DNA of 64,000 bases, from assembly GCA_051294375.1 (NCBI GenBank), contig CM119270.1:22102529-22166528 (forward strand), read 5' to 3'. Of this stretch, positions 13,786-26,764 are shown piece after piece. The position numbers and the translations under genes are program-made. The number at the start of each line of letters is the position of its first letter. Positions within the stretch are counted from its first letter, which is position 1. The notes under the pieces are model-generated. The model was not told where the DNA came from, made no database searches, and worked only from the letters and a program-made list of their open reading frames with translations. This DNA comes from Paraspadella gotoi. Taxonomy: Eukaryota; Animalia; Chaetognatha.

Positions 13786-15208
13786 CTACTGCGCCGCCAA
13801 CGACGCCGACGACGACGATGAGAGCGCCAAAGAAAATTAACGAATTAAAAATGAAAGTCGAATTTCGGTTCGACGGCGTGCGGAGCCTGCGGCGACCGCA
13901 GCAGGAAAGGCCGCCGCTGTCGCCGCTGCACTTTTGGTTGTTGTTGTTTTTGTTGTTGTTTTTGTTTTGGAATCCTTCGTCATTGTCGTTTGAGTTTTCT
14001 TTTTGATTTTTGACGTTGGTTTCTTTGCTGTAATTTCTGTAGTTGCTACAATTGCTGTAGTTGATGAAATTGCTGTTGTAGTCAACGTTTCGAATGACTT
14101 CGGGACTTAAATATGGCATAGGACTTAGACTGGCTGACTGAGTGGTATCGTGACTGGCAGATGGCAAAGTTTCATTCTTTTCAGTCCTAAAGGAAACTGA
14201 ATTTGGAATGTAATAATTGCCATCTTCAGAAATGGCATCAAAAGTGACATTTGTGATATAATCAGTGTTTGAATATGTGATAGTATCGGGGTTGACATTT
14301 GTGATGATATCACTAGAGGACATTTTGTCAGAAGATTCTTTTTCGAATAAGTTGACGGAATTTATTTTCTTTTTGACGTCGTATGTGGCAATTGCCATTC
14401 CTTCTGTGTAACCTACAACTTCTTCTCTTTTATTTGTAACCCTATTCTCTCTCTCTCTCTCTTCTCTCTCTTGCTTCTCCCTCTCTTTTTTTCCCTTTCT
14501 TTTCTCTTTTCTTTTTTCGTCGAAATAAAATTTATTTGGAATTGAAATCCGCATTTTTCGTTTTGGCGAAAATCTAGTTTCCTCCGATAGTCCCAGAGGA
14601 ATTGGCGGCGCCAGGGGAAGCCGCGGCGCTGGTGGTCTTTGCAGTGACGACGCCGGTCGAGGAGGCGTCGGCGACGCAGTTATGTCTACGGCGTCAATGG
14701 GCGTGGTAACAGCGTCAATTGACGTGGCAACAGCGTCATTTGACGTGGCATTCGTGACGTCGTCGTCTTTTTTCTCTTTTCGATCAAAAATTTTCTTTTC
14801 TTTTTCAATTTTCGACGCAAAATTCGATTCCTTTTTCTTTTTGTTTCTTTTGTTATCTTGTTTCTTATTTAGTTTCTGTTTTTCTGCGTCGAAACAAAAC
14901 GACTTTACGGCGTCGACTGCGCGATTTATGGCGCCGGTTTCGACTTTGACGTTTAAATCGGCGCCGCGTTTGCCATATTGGCGCGATTTTATGGAACTGA
15001 ACGAAAGAAGATTTTGCGTCATTTGTGGCTTTGATCGCATCTGTGATCGAATCTTCAGTTTTGATCGCATCTCTAATCGCATCTTCTGCTTTGATCGCAT
15101 ATCTGATCGCATCTTCAGCTTTGGTCGAAACTTCAAAGATCTATTAGGCTGTATCTTTATATATTTAGTTGAACGCATCTTTGGTCGCAACTTTAGCTTT
15201 GATCGCAT
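13786..15208 (-). CDS. Probable first/large coding exon of an unidentified single-pass (type II-like) membrane protein
   Basis: Part of the 510-codon ORF (first ATG at 15208; the track start at 15256 is GTG). Mostly not microsatellite. Ends ...SCCGRRRLRTPSNRNSTFIFNSLIFFGALIVVVGVVGGAV-G, followed directly by a strong donor AG|GTGAGT (intron starts at 13785). No family motif recognised. Confidence 0.55.
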
Positions 15209-15455
15209 GTTTGGGCGTATCTTTAGTTTTAGTTTTTGTCGCTTCTGTGGTCGCACTTTTAAATAAAGAAATTTATCTTTCCTCCGATCGTATATTTATT
15301 TTCTTCTATAAAATTGAAAACTTTCGACAAAAAAAAGCGAATAAATTTAATTCGCCGATTAATTAAACACGTGAATGAAAATTGGCGCGAAGATTTGAAA
15401 TTAAATTGGCGCGAAGATTTGAAAAGAAAAGGCGCCTTAATTTGTCGTCTTTGTG

Positions 15456-15494
<39 letters not shown>

Positions 15495-16090
15495 TTTGAA
15501 TGAAACCAAATTTGGCGACAAAAGAAAAAAATATTCGTTTTTGGCGCAAAATTCACTTTTTGTTTAGTTTTAGTTTTAATTAATTTTTTTAGAAATTTTA
15601 AGCCGAATTTAATTTTCGAAAAAAGTAAAAAAATTAAGATCCAGATGAAGTTGAAAGCAAAAAACGTGAAAGAATTAAAATTTTAGAAGAAAAACTTTTG
15701 GGAAAAAAAATTATAATCTTTTAGAAAATTAAGATGTTATGGACGAAAAATTGAGAAATGAATGAATGAGTTGTGACAGATGAATGAATGAGTTGTGACA
15801 GATGAATGAATGTGTTGTCACAGATGAATGAATGAGTTATTAGATTCAGATGGAAAATGACTTCAGGATTTTTTTTATGTTGTTTTCCAGTAAGAATTAA
15901 CTAATTTGTTCACCATTGGTGTTACTTAGTCAGTTGAAGATTTTTGCTTTAAAAAAAAAAGTAATTATATGTAAGTTATAAACAAAGTAATATAAAGTTA
16001 ATTGACGTAAAAAATGTTATATCAGTTAGAATAACGTAAAAAAATAACCAATTTTAGATATATTTGAAATTGCGAGATAATGAAGAAAGG

Positions 16091-16155
<65 letters not shown>

Positions 16156-16454
16156 CACACGCGAATTCTATGACGAGTGGCGACGTGTAAAACTGCGCGG
16201 AAATAAACAACCGCATTCCATTTGGTGAGGGTCGTCAAGGCAACGACGACGACGACGATGACGACAATGTCGACGACAACGATGACGACGACGACGATAA
16301 TTCGGACGATGTTATGGGACGAAAGACGTCGACGTTTCCAAGTGGCGAAGAGAAAATGGGCGCGTGGCGCGTCGGGAGAGAGAGAGAGAGAGAAGAGAGA
16401 AAGAGAGAGAGGAGAGAGAGAAAGAGAAGAAAGAGAGAAAGAGAGATGAGGGGG

Positions 16455-16545
<91 letters not shown>

Positions 16546-19023
16546 TTAGGAAGTATCAGCTAATCGTTACCACCGAAGCAAAACTGGGCAGACGAGTCAA
16601 ATTCGATCTTTTTTAAAATCTTCGGTTTGGCAAATATGATTATTAATACTTCTTATCATTTTTTCTTTTTAGTTTTAAATTTTAATTACATTTTATTTCA
16701 TGTGTTGTATGTGTTTTATATATTTTGATCTTTTTTGTTTACAAGAGTTTAAAATCTTTACATATTTGATCCTGAGATAATGTCTATTATATTTTCCCCA
16801 ATTTTGTTTCTACTATATTTGAAAATGAATTAGTCACTGAAACTTTTGTAACTTTTGTACCAAAAAAAATAATACACACATAACACATATTTTTTTTTAA
16901 AAAATGTCATTATATGATTAAAATGAGCTTTTTTATAAGGCCAAATTTTGTTTTTATATTTTTCCAATTTTAAGACCAGATTTAGATAGCTCATGAAAAG
17001 TTTTCTACCCAAAGTATAATTCTTTTTTTTACATATTTATGATAAGTGAGTCAAAAATAAGAAAACTGTAAAAAATCGTCATCATTATTATCTATCGATT
17101 ATTTTATCATTTTTTTATTTTATTTTATTTTAACTTAGAAAACATACAAATTTTTGAAAACTGAAAATATATTTCTAGTTTAACATTACATAATACATAA
17201 AACAAATTATAAGATTTCAAAAAAAATGTTTTTGCTTTATATAGTAATATAATATTTTTAATTAGGCTAGTACCTTTTTTGACCAAAAAAATATTTTTAA
17301 TACAATAATCTATGCTCATGATAGATTATTTGAATGCTGTATACATTTGCATTTAAATTTCATCGGCTATGACTAGTACGGTAGAATTTCATTTTTCTGC
17401 CTTGTATAAGATGCAAAAAAGAATTAGAAATTACTGCTGTAAATAATGATCTATTTATAATTATTTTCATAGTCATAATTAATTTTTGTACTTTTTTATA
17501 TCCGCAATTTGAATTTTAAAGACAATTTATAAATTAATTTTAAAATAACAACTTTTTTTCAGGAATGTTTTGTTTTTACGAAATATTGAACCCGTCAAAA
17601 TGAAGGAGAAAAACAAAAGGGGGAAAACAAAATGATAAAAAGGAGAAGGAAGAGGAAGAGTGAGAGAGGGAGGGGGATGAGGAGGAGGAGAGGGAGGAGG
17701 AGGAGGAGGAAGAAGAGGAGGAGTAAGGAGAGGGAGGGGGAGGAGAGTAGGAGAAGGAGGAGGAGGAGGGAAGAGGAGGAGGAGGAGGAGGGAGAGGGAG
17801 GAGAAGAAGAGGAAGAGTAGGAAAGGAAGGGAGAAAGAAGAAGAGGAGTTGACACTAAGCTCAGAACTAAGGGGAATCATGATTTCTTACATTATTTGAA
17901 ATTTGAATTCATTGAGACGGATAATCTATCCTTTTCAATCTAACCATAACCGTAACAGTATAAGTATTTTACACTCAAAGCAGAAGAATATTTTACCTAT
18001 CAAATGAATACATGTTTGGATTCATCGAGAGAATACTCTCCCATCAATTAATTGCCACAAACTTTAACCTCTGCAATGAATTCATTCAATGTTTTTATTC
18101 TATGAAATCATGATTTCGAATGATTTTGAGGAATGAATTCATTGTGAAAGAGATTTACCTATTGCTCACTAAGACTTATCAGTTGGGTAGCGAGAGCTTG
18201 GACATGTTTTACTCATACGAGATCAAATCTTTCTTTCTCTCACATGAATACATCTATGGATTCACCTAAAGAAATCATCTTCCTTATCTGCAGTATATAA
18301 TTTATTATTTGAAATCCCTGATGAATTCATAAAGAGGAGGAGTAGGAGGAGGAGTAGGAGGAGGAGGAGAAAGATGCCTTCAAAAGTAGAGGAGTGTATT
18401 TAATTACCAAATGAAGGAGGGTGAATTCATCAGTCATGATATCATCGACCAGTTGGAGGTAGTCGAATACATCATCGAACTAAGGGTTTGAGCTCTATAT
18501 AGGATGGAGGAGGAGGAGAGTGAGGAGGAAGAAGAGAGGAGTAGGAGGGGGAGAAAGAGGGGGAGTGGGAGAAGTAGGAAAGAGGAGGAGGAGAAGGAGG
18601 GGGAGAAGGAGGAGAAGGAGATGAACCCGCTGAGATCGTTTTTTCTCGGAGGAAACCGCGTAGAAGATTTTTCGCGGGATTTTGATTTCTTTGCAACATG
18701 AAACTGGGGGGGGGGGGAAATGACGACGACGGCGACGATGACACGACGACGACGAGACAGACACGACGACGACGACGACGATGACGCCTGACCTGGACAA
18801 AAATCGCCCAGGATGAGATACTTGGGAGAGAGAGGAGAGGAGAGAAGAGGGAGAAAAGAGAGAGAGGGAGAGGAGGAAAGGAGATATCGTGGGCAGATCT
18901 GACATTGTTTGCTCAAACTTGTTATCTTTATATCTTTCCTTTCTCTTTTTATTTCTTATCAAGTTGGTACAACCAATAAAAAAATTATCTGTTAAAGTTT
19001 GTGTTTGTAATTATGTTTATTAA

Positions 19024-19591
19024 GGCGTAGTAAAATTTTTAAATTTAACTTTAATTAAAATTCTAAAAGTGAGGACGACAACATTATACTAATGAACATT
19101 TATGTAATAAAAAATTCATAATAAATTTTACAATTTACGCAGTAGGCCATATTTATACTAGTACTAAACCAATAAATGTTAAAATTTCAAAACAGTTTTT
19201 TTAAGATTTTTTTTGCAGATTTGGATTTGCCATAAAAAGTTTATAAAAAGAAATATAACTCTTTTTGAAAAAATTCCTTCATTAAGTGGGTCAAAAATTA
19301 GAAAAGGCTATATTTTAAGCTGAAAATTAACTTTTATATATTAAATATAGTTTTTTTTAATTTTTAACCCACTTATTGAAAGAATTTTTAAAATGATTTA
19401 TATTTTTTCTTTTATCAACTTTTGACGAGGAATTCAAATCTGCAATCAAAATTAAGAAAAGCCTATTTTAAAATTTTTCGATTTTATAAGGATAGTACTA
19501 TAATATAAATATAGCCTACTGCAAAAATTCACTGATGGCATGTTGTTCATAATTAACTTTTAGAATTTTTGTATGTAACTTTCACTACGCC
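19024..19591 (+). mobile_element. Non-autonomous DNA transposon, Kolobok-like
   Basis: TTAA on both sides. TIRs GGCGTAGTAAAATTT / AACTTTCACTACGCC. 5'-GG termini with TTAA TSD fit Kolobok rather than piggyBac. Duplicated at ~23821-24392. Confidence 0.75.
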
Positions 19592-19769
19592 TTAATGTTT
19601 ATGTTTATATTCATGTTTGTGTTATGTTTATGTAAGTAAGTAAGTAAGTAAGCAGCTAAATAAAGTAAATAATAAATAAAATGAACTGTTACTATACTAT
19701 CTAGGAAAAATATATATAACATAATTCATTTATTCAAAAAAAAGTATACAAAACATGGGTAAAACATTC

Positions 19770-19900
19770 TCAATATTTGGTATACCCTTCCTCGGCATCG
19801 ACTACTGCCTGCATTCGTCTGGGCATGCTCTCATACAGCAAATTGAGGTATGACAGTGAAATGTTTTTCCACATCTTTAACGCAATTCTTTTCAGACCCG
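19770..19900 (-). pseudogene. Tc1-family transposase C-terminal remnant
   Basis: Translates to MWKNISLSYLNLLYESMPRRMQAVVDAEEGYTKY*, matching the Tc1 C-terminal pattern W..I....L..L..SMPRR..AV..A.GG.TKY. Duplicate at ~24575-24700. Confidence 0.85.
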
Positions 19901-20214
19901 ATGTTGGTGTGCATGTCTTTCCCACTTTTCTAAAAGATATAATAGCACTTTTTTAAACCAAAAGGAGGTGCAAGGCCTTTTTAGCATTGCCAAATTAAAA
20001 AAAAATATCTAACTACATTTGAAATAAAGCAAATAACTAAATACAAAAATGGAGGAAAACTAAATATGATTTTTTTCGCGATTTGACCTACAAAAAAATG
20101 GAAGGAAGCTACTGAAATATTGTTTCAGTACTACGATATGTCTGTGACTTTCGTTTTAAAGATGTAGTCGAGCATTGCCTAGGTTCACCCCGCCTATAAG
20201 CATGCCACTTTCAG

Positions 20215-20427
20215 TTGTGACCCGGTGGCTCATTGACCACTAGGTACTGGGTTCAATCCCAACTCGGTACCTACCCTGCGGGAAGAGTGAGGACAGCCGT
20301 AAGCCGCCTTGGGGGCATGGCAAACCCTCAAGCCTGGTTCCAAGCCCAGGACTCCGTTCCATGTCTGCTAGAGGAGGTTATAGAAGTTACGGATAGTCAT
20401 CTTCTGCCCACTTAGCGCCTTTTCCAC
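20215..20427 (+). mobile_element. tRNA-derived SINE
   Basis: A-box-like TGGCTCATTG and B-box GGTTCAATCCC (20250-20260). Body is homologous to the copy at 52510-52735 (GTGAGGAC.GCCGTAA...CACTTAGCGCC). Duplicate at ~25015-25235. Confidence 0.7.
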
Positions 20428-20758
20428 AAAGATATGTACAATGTTATAATGTTACAATTATTTTACAGTAATTGTGTCTCAGTACTACGATATGTACCAA
20501 CTAATTTCGTAAGATCTTTGGCTGGCATAGATGGAAAAGCGTCAGAAACCTTAGATAATGTTTTTAGTTAATCTTTATAATATTTTCAAATTAGCCAAGA
20601 AGGATTCACGAAACGATTATTTTTGACAAAAATTAAGTTTTGTCTTATTTCTAGGGTTCCGATAACCGTTAATTTTTGAGAAATTTCGCTTAACCGTTAA
20701 AACTAATATTTTTTAACGGTTAACCGTTTAAAATCGGTTAATTTTATAATTTAACTTT

Positions 20759-21010
20759 TAGAGAGGAAAACAATTTATTTGTTTTGTTTCAACGAATTTT
20801 TTAGGACATTTTTTTGGACATGTTTCGACTCTACAATTAGAGTCTTCATCAGCAATGCTGCAATGATGCTGCTAAGGCTGATGAAGACTCTAATTGTAAG
20901 TTGAAACATGTCTGAAAAAATATCCTAAAAATTCGTTGAAACAAAACAAATAAATTGTTTTTCCTCTCTAAATTCGAAAACACAACAAAATCGAAAGTCT
21001 ATACACAATA
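20759..21010. mobile_element. Truncated Penelope-like retroelement remnant with inverted pLTR fragments
   Basis: ~97-bp inverted arms (20757-20853 and 20877-20972), each with a hammerhead core and a downstream AATAAA. Flanked by a 14-bp direct repeat TATAATTTAACTTT (20745-20758 and 21011-21024). Confidence 0.65.
20814..20855 (-). ncRNA. Minimal type I hammerhead ribozyme motif
   Basis: Minus strand reads UUG-CUGAUGA-A-GACUCUA(AUUG)UAGAGUC-GAAA-CAUG-UC-CAA: canonical core, perfect 7-bp stem II and palindromic ACAUGU stem III. A degenerate plus-strand partner lies at 20878-20912. Confidence 0.7.
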
Positions 21011-22460
21011 TATAATTTAACTTTAAATTTAAATTATGATTATTTAAATCAAAACAAAGCATTTAATGATATTTCATCTTTAACCCTTACTCCTGAATCT
21101 TTTTTATCTTCTATTTCAGATAGATAGGTAAACATTTTAGTTAGTTAGTAAATGAAAAATGGTTTGAGCAAACTATTTTGAATCTAGCTATGATAATTTA
21201 GCTAATCAGATAATGCATCGTTGGATAAAATCTTACTTACAAAACCTTTTCGTTTTTCCTTTCATAGGCATAATAAAAATATATAAAAGGACAAAGAAAG
21301 AAAAACCACAATGTAATTCTAATTCTATGTTTTTTTCTTCTCTCTTCTCTTTTCGTTTGCGTTATATCTCTTCATTATTTTTACTAATTGTTGTTTCTTG
21401 AACGCTTTTTTTTTGTTTTTATTTTTTCAAAGCCATAACCATAAATATAATTAATGAATATTAATTTTTTGAATTGTTTGATTGGATCCCCGATTGATCC
21501 AAAGATTTTATTGGGATTATTAAATATTTTTTCTGTTTTATTAAAAAAGTATTCATGTTGAGGGATAGTAGTTTAGGCCTTAATGTCTATTTTAAGATTA
21601 GTTCGCTTCTATTTATTAATTTTTTTATACATTTATTTTTATTTAGTTTTTTTTTTAATATTTTTTTCATTCATTGTTGGTTTATTTTGAAGATTTTGCT
21701 TCTTTGTTTTTTTAAGAGTAATAAAAATTATAGCAAAATAGGCAATACTTTCTTATTTTAAATTTATGTTGCAAGAAAAATGTATTGCAACTATTTGCAT
21801 GTGCAATATATATTATATTTTCATTATATCTTTTGATGTGAAATGCTAGAAATTAATTGAAAGGAAAAACGAAAAAAATTGGTGTGAGAAAATAACGTAA
21901 GAAAAAGAGAAAAAAAACACTGGGAAGGGAAGAAAAAAATGAACAAGAGTGAAAGAAAAGGGAATAAATAAGGGGGGCAAAAGAGAAAGAAAAAGAAGGT
22001 ATCAGAAGGAGATTAGTATAAAGAAGAAAGTAGATTAATAAGCCCGGTTGAAATAACAAAGGAAATAAATGAAAGAAAAATTATGGAAATGTAGAGAGAG
22101 CGTGAAAGCAAATATTATGGAGAAATTAGGGAGAGGAGAATAATGACGAGGACAAGAAAAAACTTACTTTTCTCTTTAAAAAATCAAGATTTTACAAAAA
22201 AAAAATAAAAAAATCATATTAAAAACATTAACTAATTTAACCGTTAAATAAATATATTAACGGTTAGGTTAAAATTTTTTTTAACGTTAATCACCGTTAA
22301 CTGTTAACGTTATCGGTAACCTTCTACTTATTTCTATGAATATATCGATAATGATCTCGTTGCTTAGTTTTTCTTTCACGTTAACCCTTAATTCTATTTT
22401 TTATTTTTTGGTTTTATTTTGTTGCTGACGTTTTTNNNNNNNNNNNNNNNNNNNNNNNNN

Positions 22461-25400
22461 ATGGTTTCTGCGCCTGCCTACTGTGCTTATAGAGGATGCA
22501 AAAGAAGAATTAGCAATTCTGCTGTATAATAACTTGATCTTAATTCTATTAATTACTCTTCACATGTTCCATAGCATTAAGTTTCTGTTGTACCTTTTCT
22601 TCTTATATCTGCGTCAATTTGAATTATAGTTATAAGACAACAATTAATACAATGTTAATTTCCTTAATAATAACAAACTTTTTATCTCCACGGCTTAAAC
22701 TGTTTCTGTTGTTATTCACGATAATATTACATCTGGAATACGCCGCCTCTCATAGTAATCCCAATGAGTGAGACAAACAAGAAGGTGGGGGTGTACGGTA
22801 CTAGACAAGCTCGCACTAAATGTGCGATTAACACAACGCGAGCCAGACGGTGGAGCGCATTGAGTATAACGACTGCGTGTCGATAGACATGTTGTGCTGA
22901 AGTGAAAGAGCATCGTGTGAGGGTGATGAGCGTGACGGATGGCAAAAGACGAGAGCAGGGAGAGGCCCTACAGCAGCGGGACATGGGAAATGATTAGCCA
23001 ACGGAAGAAGGATCCGAGGGTGAAGTAGAGGAGAGGAGGGGGAGGAGAGGTAGGAGAAGGAGGGAGGAGAGGGAAGAGGGTGAGGAGAGGAGGAGAGGGA
23101 GGAGGAAGAAGAGGAAGAGTAGGAAACAGGAAGGGAAGAAAGAGAAGAAGGAGGAGTGGGAGAAGAGGGGAGGAGGGAGTGGGAGAGGTAGGGGGGGAGG
23201 AGGAGAGGAGGAGAAGGAGGAAGAAGAGGGTTAGAAGAGGGAGGGGAGAAGGAAGAGAGGAGGAGAGGGGGAAGATGAGGAGGGGAGAAGGAGGGGGAGG
23301 AGCAGGAGGAGATGGAGGAGAGGGAGTGAGGAGGAAGAAGAGGGAGGAGAGAAAGTAGGAGGGGGGAAGAAACAGAGGGGGAGTGGGAGAAGTAGGAAAA
23401 GAGGAGGAAGGAGAAGGAGGGGGAGAAGAGGAGAAGGGATGAACCCGCTGAGATCGTTTTTTCTCGGAGGAAACCGCGTAGAAGATTTTTCGCGGGATTT
23501 TTGATTTCTTTGCAACATGAAACGGGAGGCGGGGGGGGGGAAAATGACGACGACGGACGACGACGACGACGACGATGACGCCTGACGCTGGACAAAAATC
23601 GCCCAGGAATGAGATACTTGGGAGAGAAGAGGGAGGGAGAGAAGAGGGAGAAAAAGAGAGAGAGGGAGGGAGGAAAGGAGATATCGTGGGCAGATCTGAC
23701 ATTGTTTGCTCAAACTTGTTATCTTTATATCTTTCCTTTCTCTTTTTATTTCTTATCAAGTTGGTACAACCAATAAAAAAATTATCTGTTAAAGTTTGTG
23801 TTTGTAATTATGTTTATTAAGGCGTAGTAAAATTTTTAAATTTAACTTTAATTAAAATTCTAAAAGTGAGGAACGAACAACATTATACTAATGAACATTT
23901 ATGTAATAAAAAAATTCATAATAAATTTTACAATTTATGCAGTAGGCCATATTTATACTAGTACTAAACCAATAAATGTTAAAATTTCAAAACAGTTTTT
24001 TCTAAGATTTTTTTGCAGATTTGGATTTGCCATAAAAAGTTGATAAAAAGATATATAACTCTTTTTAAAAAATTCCTTCATTAAGGGTGTCATAAAATTA
24101 GAAAAGGCTATATTTTAAGCTGAAAATTAACTTTTATATATTAAATATAGTTTTTTTTTTAATTTTTAACCCACTTATTGAAAGAATTTTAAAAATGATT
24201 TATATTTTTTCTTTTATCAACTTTTGACGAGGAATTCAAATCTGCAATCAAAATTAAGAAAAGCCTATTTTAAAATTTTTCGATTTTATAAGAGATAGTA
24301 CTATATATAAATATAGCCTACTGCAAAAATTCACTGATGGCATGTTGTTCATAATTAACTTTTAGAATTTTTGTATGTAACTTTCACTACGCCTTAATGT
24401 TTATGTTTATATTCATTGTTGTTGTTATGGTTTAGTAAGTAGTAAGTAAGTAAGCCAGCTAAATAAAGTAAATAAAATCAATAAAATGAACTGTTACTAT
24501 ACTATCTAGGAAAAAAATATATAACATAATTCATTTATTCAAAAAAAGTATACAAACATGGGTCTAAACACTCTCAATATTTGTATACCTCCTCGGCATG
24601 ACTACTGCCTGCATTCGTCTGGGCATGCTCTCATACAGCAAATTGAGGTATGACAGTGAAATGTTTTTCCACATCTTTACAATTCTTTTCAGACGCCGAT
24701 GTTGGTGTTGCATGTCTTTCCCACTTTCTAAAAGATATAATAGCACTTTTTTAAACCAAAAGAGGTGCAAGGCCTTTTTAGCATTGCCAAATTAAAAAAA
24801 AATATCTAACCTACATTTGAAATTAAAAACAAAATACTACTAATACCAAAAATGGAGGAAAACTAAATATGAATTTTTTCGCGATTTGACCTACAAAAAA
24901 ATGGAAGGATAGCTACTGAATACTGTCTCAGTACTACGATATGTCTGTGACTTTCGTTTTAAAGATGTAGTCGAGCATTGCTACGGTTCTCACCCGCCTA
25001 GTAAAGCATGGCATTCAGTTGTGACCCGGTGGCTCATTGAACACTAGGTATACCGGGTTCAATCCCAACTCGGTACCTACCCTGGCGGGAAGAGTGAGGA
25101 CAGCCGTAAGCCCCCTTGGGGCGTGGCAAACCTCAAAGCCTGGTTCCAAGCCCAAGCTCCGTTCCATGTCTGCTAGAGGGAGTTATAGAAGTTACGGATA
25201 GTCATCTCTTCTGCCCACTTAGCGCCTTGTTCCACAAAGATATCTACAATGTTATAATGTTACAATTATTTTACACAGTAATTGTGTTCTCAGTACTACG
25301 ATACTGTACCAACTAATTTCGTAAGATCTTTGGCTGGCATAGATGGAAAAGCGTCAGAAACCTTAAGTAATGTTTTAGTTAATCTTTCTTTCATTACCGG

Positions 25401-25610
25401 GTACATTATTTTCAAATTAGGCACAGAAGAGGATCACGAACACGATTATTTTTGAGCACAACAAAATTATCAAGTATTCTGGTCTGAATCAATCATATTT
25501 CTTATGAAAATATCGAAATGATCTCGTTGCTTAGTTTTCTTTCACGTTAACCTCTTAATTCTATTTTTATTTGTTTGTTTTATTTTGTTGCTGATGTTTT
25601 CTACTGTAAC
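22461..25610 (+). repeat. Direct duplicate of ~17380-20650 joined to 22327-22435 (second haplotype or uncorrected read)
   Basis: Follows a 25-N gap. Noisy at its start, then near-identical to 18500-20580. Lacks the hAT insertion. Confidence 0.8.
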
Positions 25611-26198
25611 ATTCTTGATATGAAATAAAATTCTCATTAATGTAATAATATCATTGCAATAATAATTAAAGACTTTATTAAAGGTTAACGATTATCTCCT
25701 TTCTTGGTTTTTTTTGATGGAAACATACTGAATACAAAAATGCTGTTTTTTTTATGTAGGGGAAGTGGGAGGAAAATGAATTTTTTTAAACGTGAAAAAA
25801 ATTGAACACATAGTCTCTTTTTCTTTATTATGAATTAATTCGGAGAAACAGACGCTTTTTAAATATTTAATTACATCATTTAACTTGAATCTGAATTTCA
25901 GAAAATTGTTCTTTTGATCAGTATGTATTTCAGAGTCCAAAGGAGGCCGCTCTTTATCTAGAATCAAGAAAAAAAAAACAAAAGGCTATTCGGATTGAAT
26001 AACGTTCACTGCAAAACACAATAAAATATAACAAAAAAGTAAATTTTAAAATTTATGCTTTATTATAGGATATATTCTAATCCATCATCAATCAACATTC
26101 ATATCAACTTCTCTATGAAGAGAGAGTGGAATATGGAATTTGTGTCGATTATAAAAGCTTCTTTCATTAAATAATAGCGTCAATATTTAACAAGAACT

Positions 26199-26265
26199 GT
26201 TACAACCAGGGATTGAACCCGTAAATCAACTTTAAGAAAAGATGAATTACCTCGCTAAGCCACTG
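26199..26265 (-). mobile_element. Degenerate tRNA-derived SINE head
   Basis: Minus strand has A-box-like TGGCTTAGCGAGG and B-box GGTTCAATCCC, but no complete cloverleaf. Confidence 0.5.
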
Positions 26266-26569
26266 ATCAACGCAAAATTATATATATTCAAAGAAAATTA
26301 TTATATTAGTTTATAAAGTTTATAAAATTCCATTCGGTTGACAAAAGCGCAGATAGTGTTTAAATTTTTTTTCACTAATGGAGATGTACATTAAATACTT
26401 CCAACAGGGTTATATTAAAAAGGTTATATTTTCATTCATTAATAATTATTTATCTTTTAGAGAGAAAGAGAGAGAGAGAGAGGGAGAGAGAGATGGATTT
26501 TGGATTCCATTAAATAATGAGATTTTTTGACTTTTTGACTTCACAAAGTTTGTGTCATAAATTACAAGG

Positions 26570-26624
<55 letters not shown>

Positions 26625-26730
26625 CGGCTTCTCTACTTCAGCCCCATAGATTTTCTATCGTTAACGTCACATTTTATCCAATTTTTACGTTCGATGCGAC
26701 GTCACGAGACGGGGTCGTCGTCGTCATTGT

Positions 26731-26764
<34 letters not shown>

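Larger units (their letters stand above)
20652..22326 (+). mobile_element. Non-autonomous hAT-type element (1675 bp)
   Basis: 8-bp TSD CTTATTTC at 20644-20651 and 22327-22334. Imperfect TIRs TAGGGTTCCGATAACCGTTAA / TTAACGTTATCGGTAACCTTCTA. Subterminal TAACCGTTAA/AACGGTT repeats at both ends. Confidence 0.8.
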
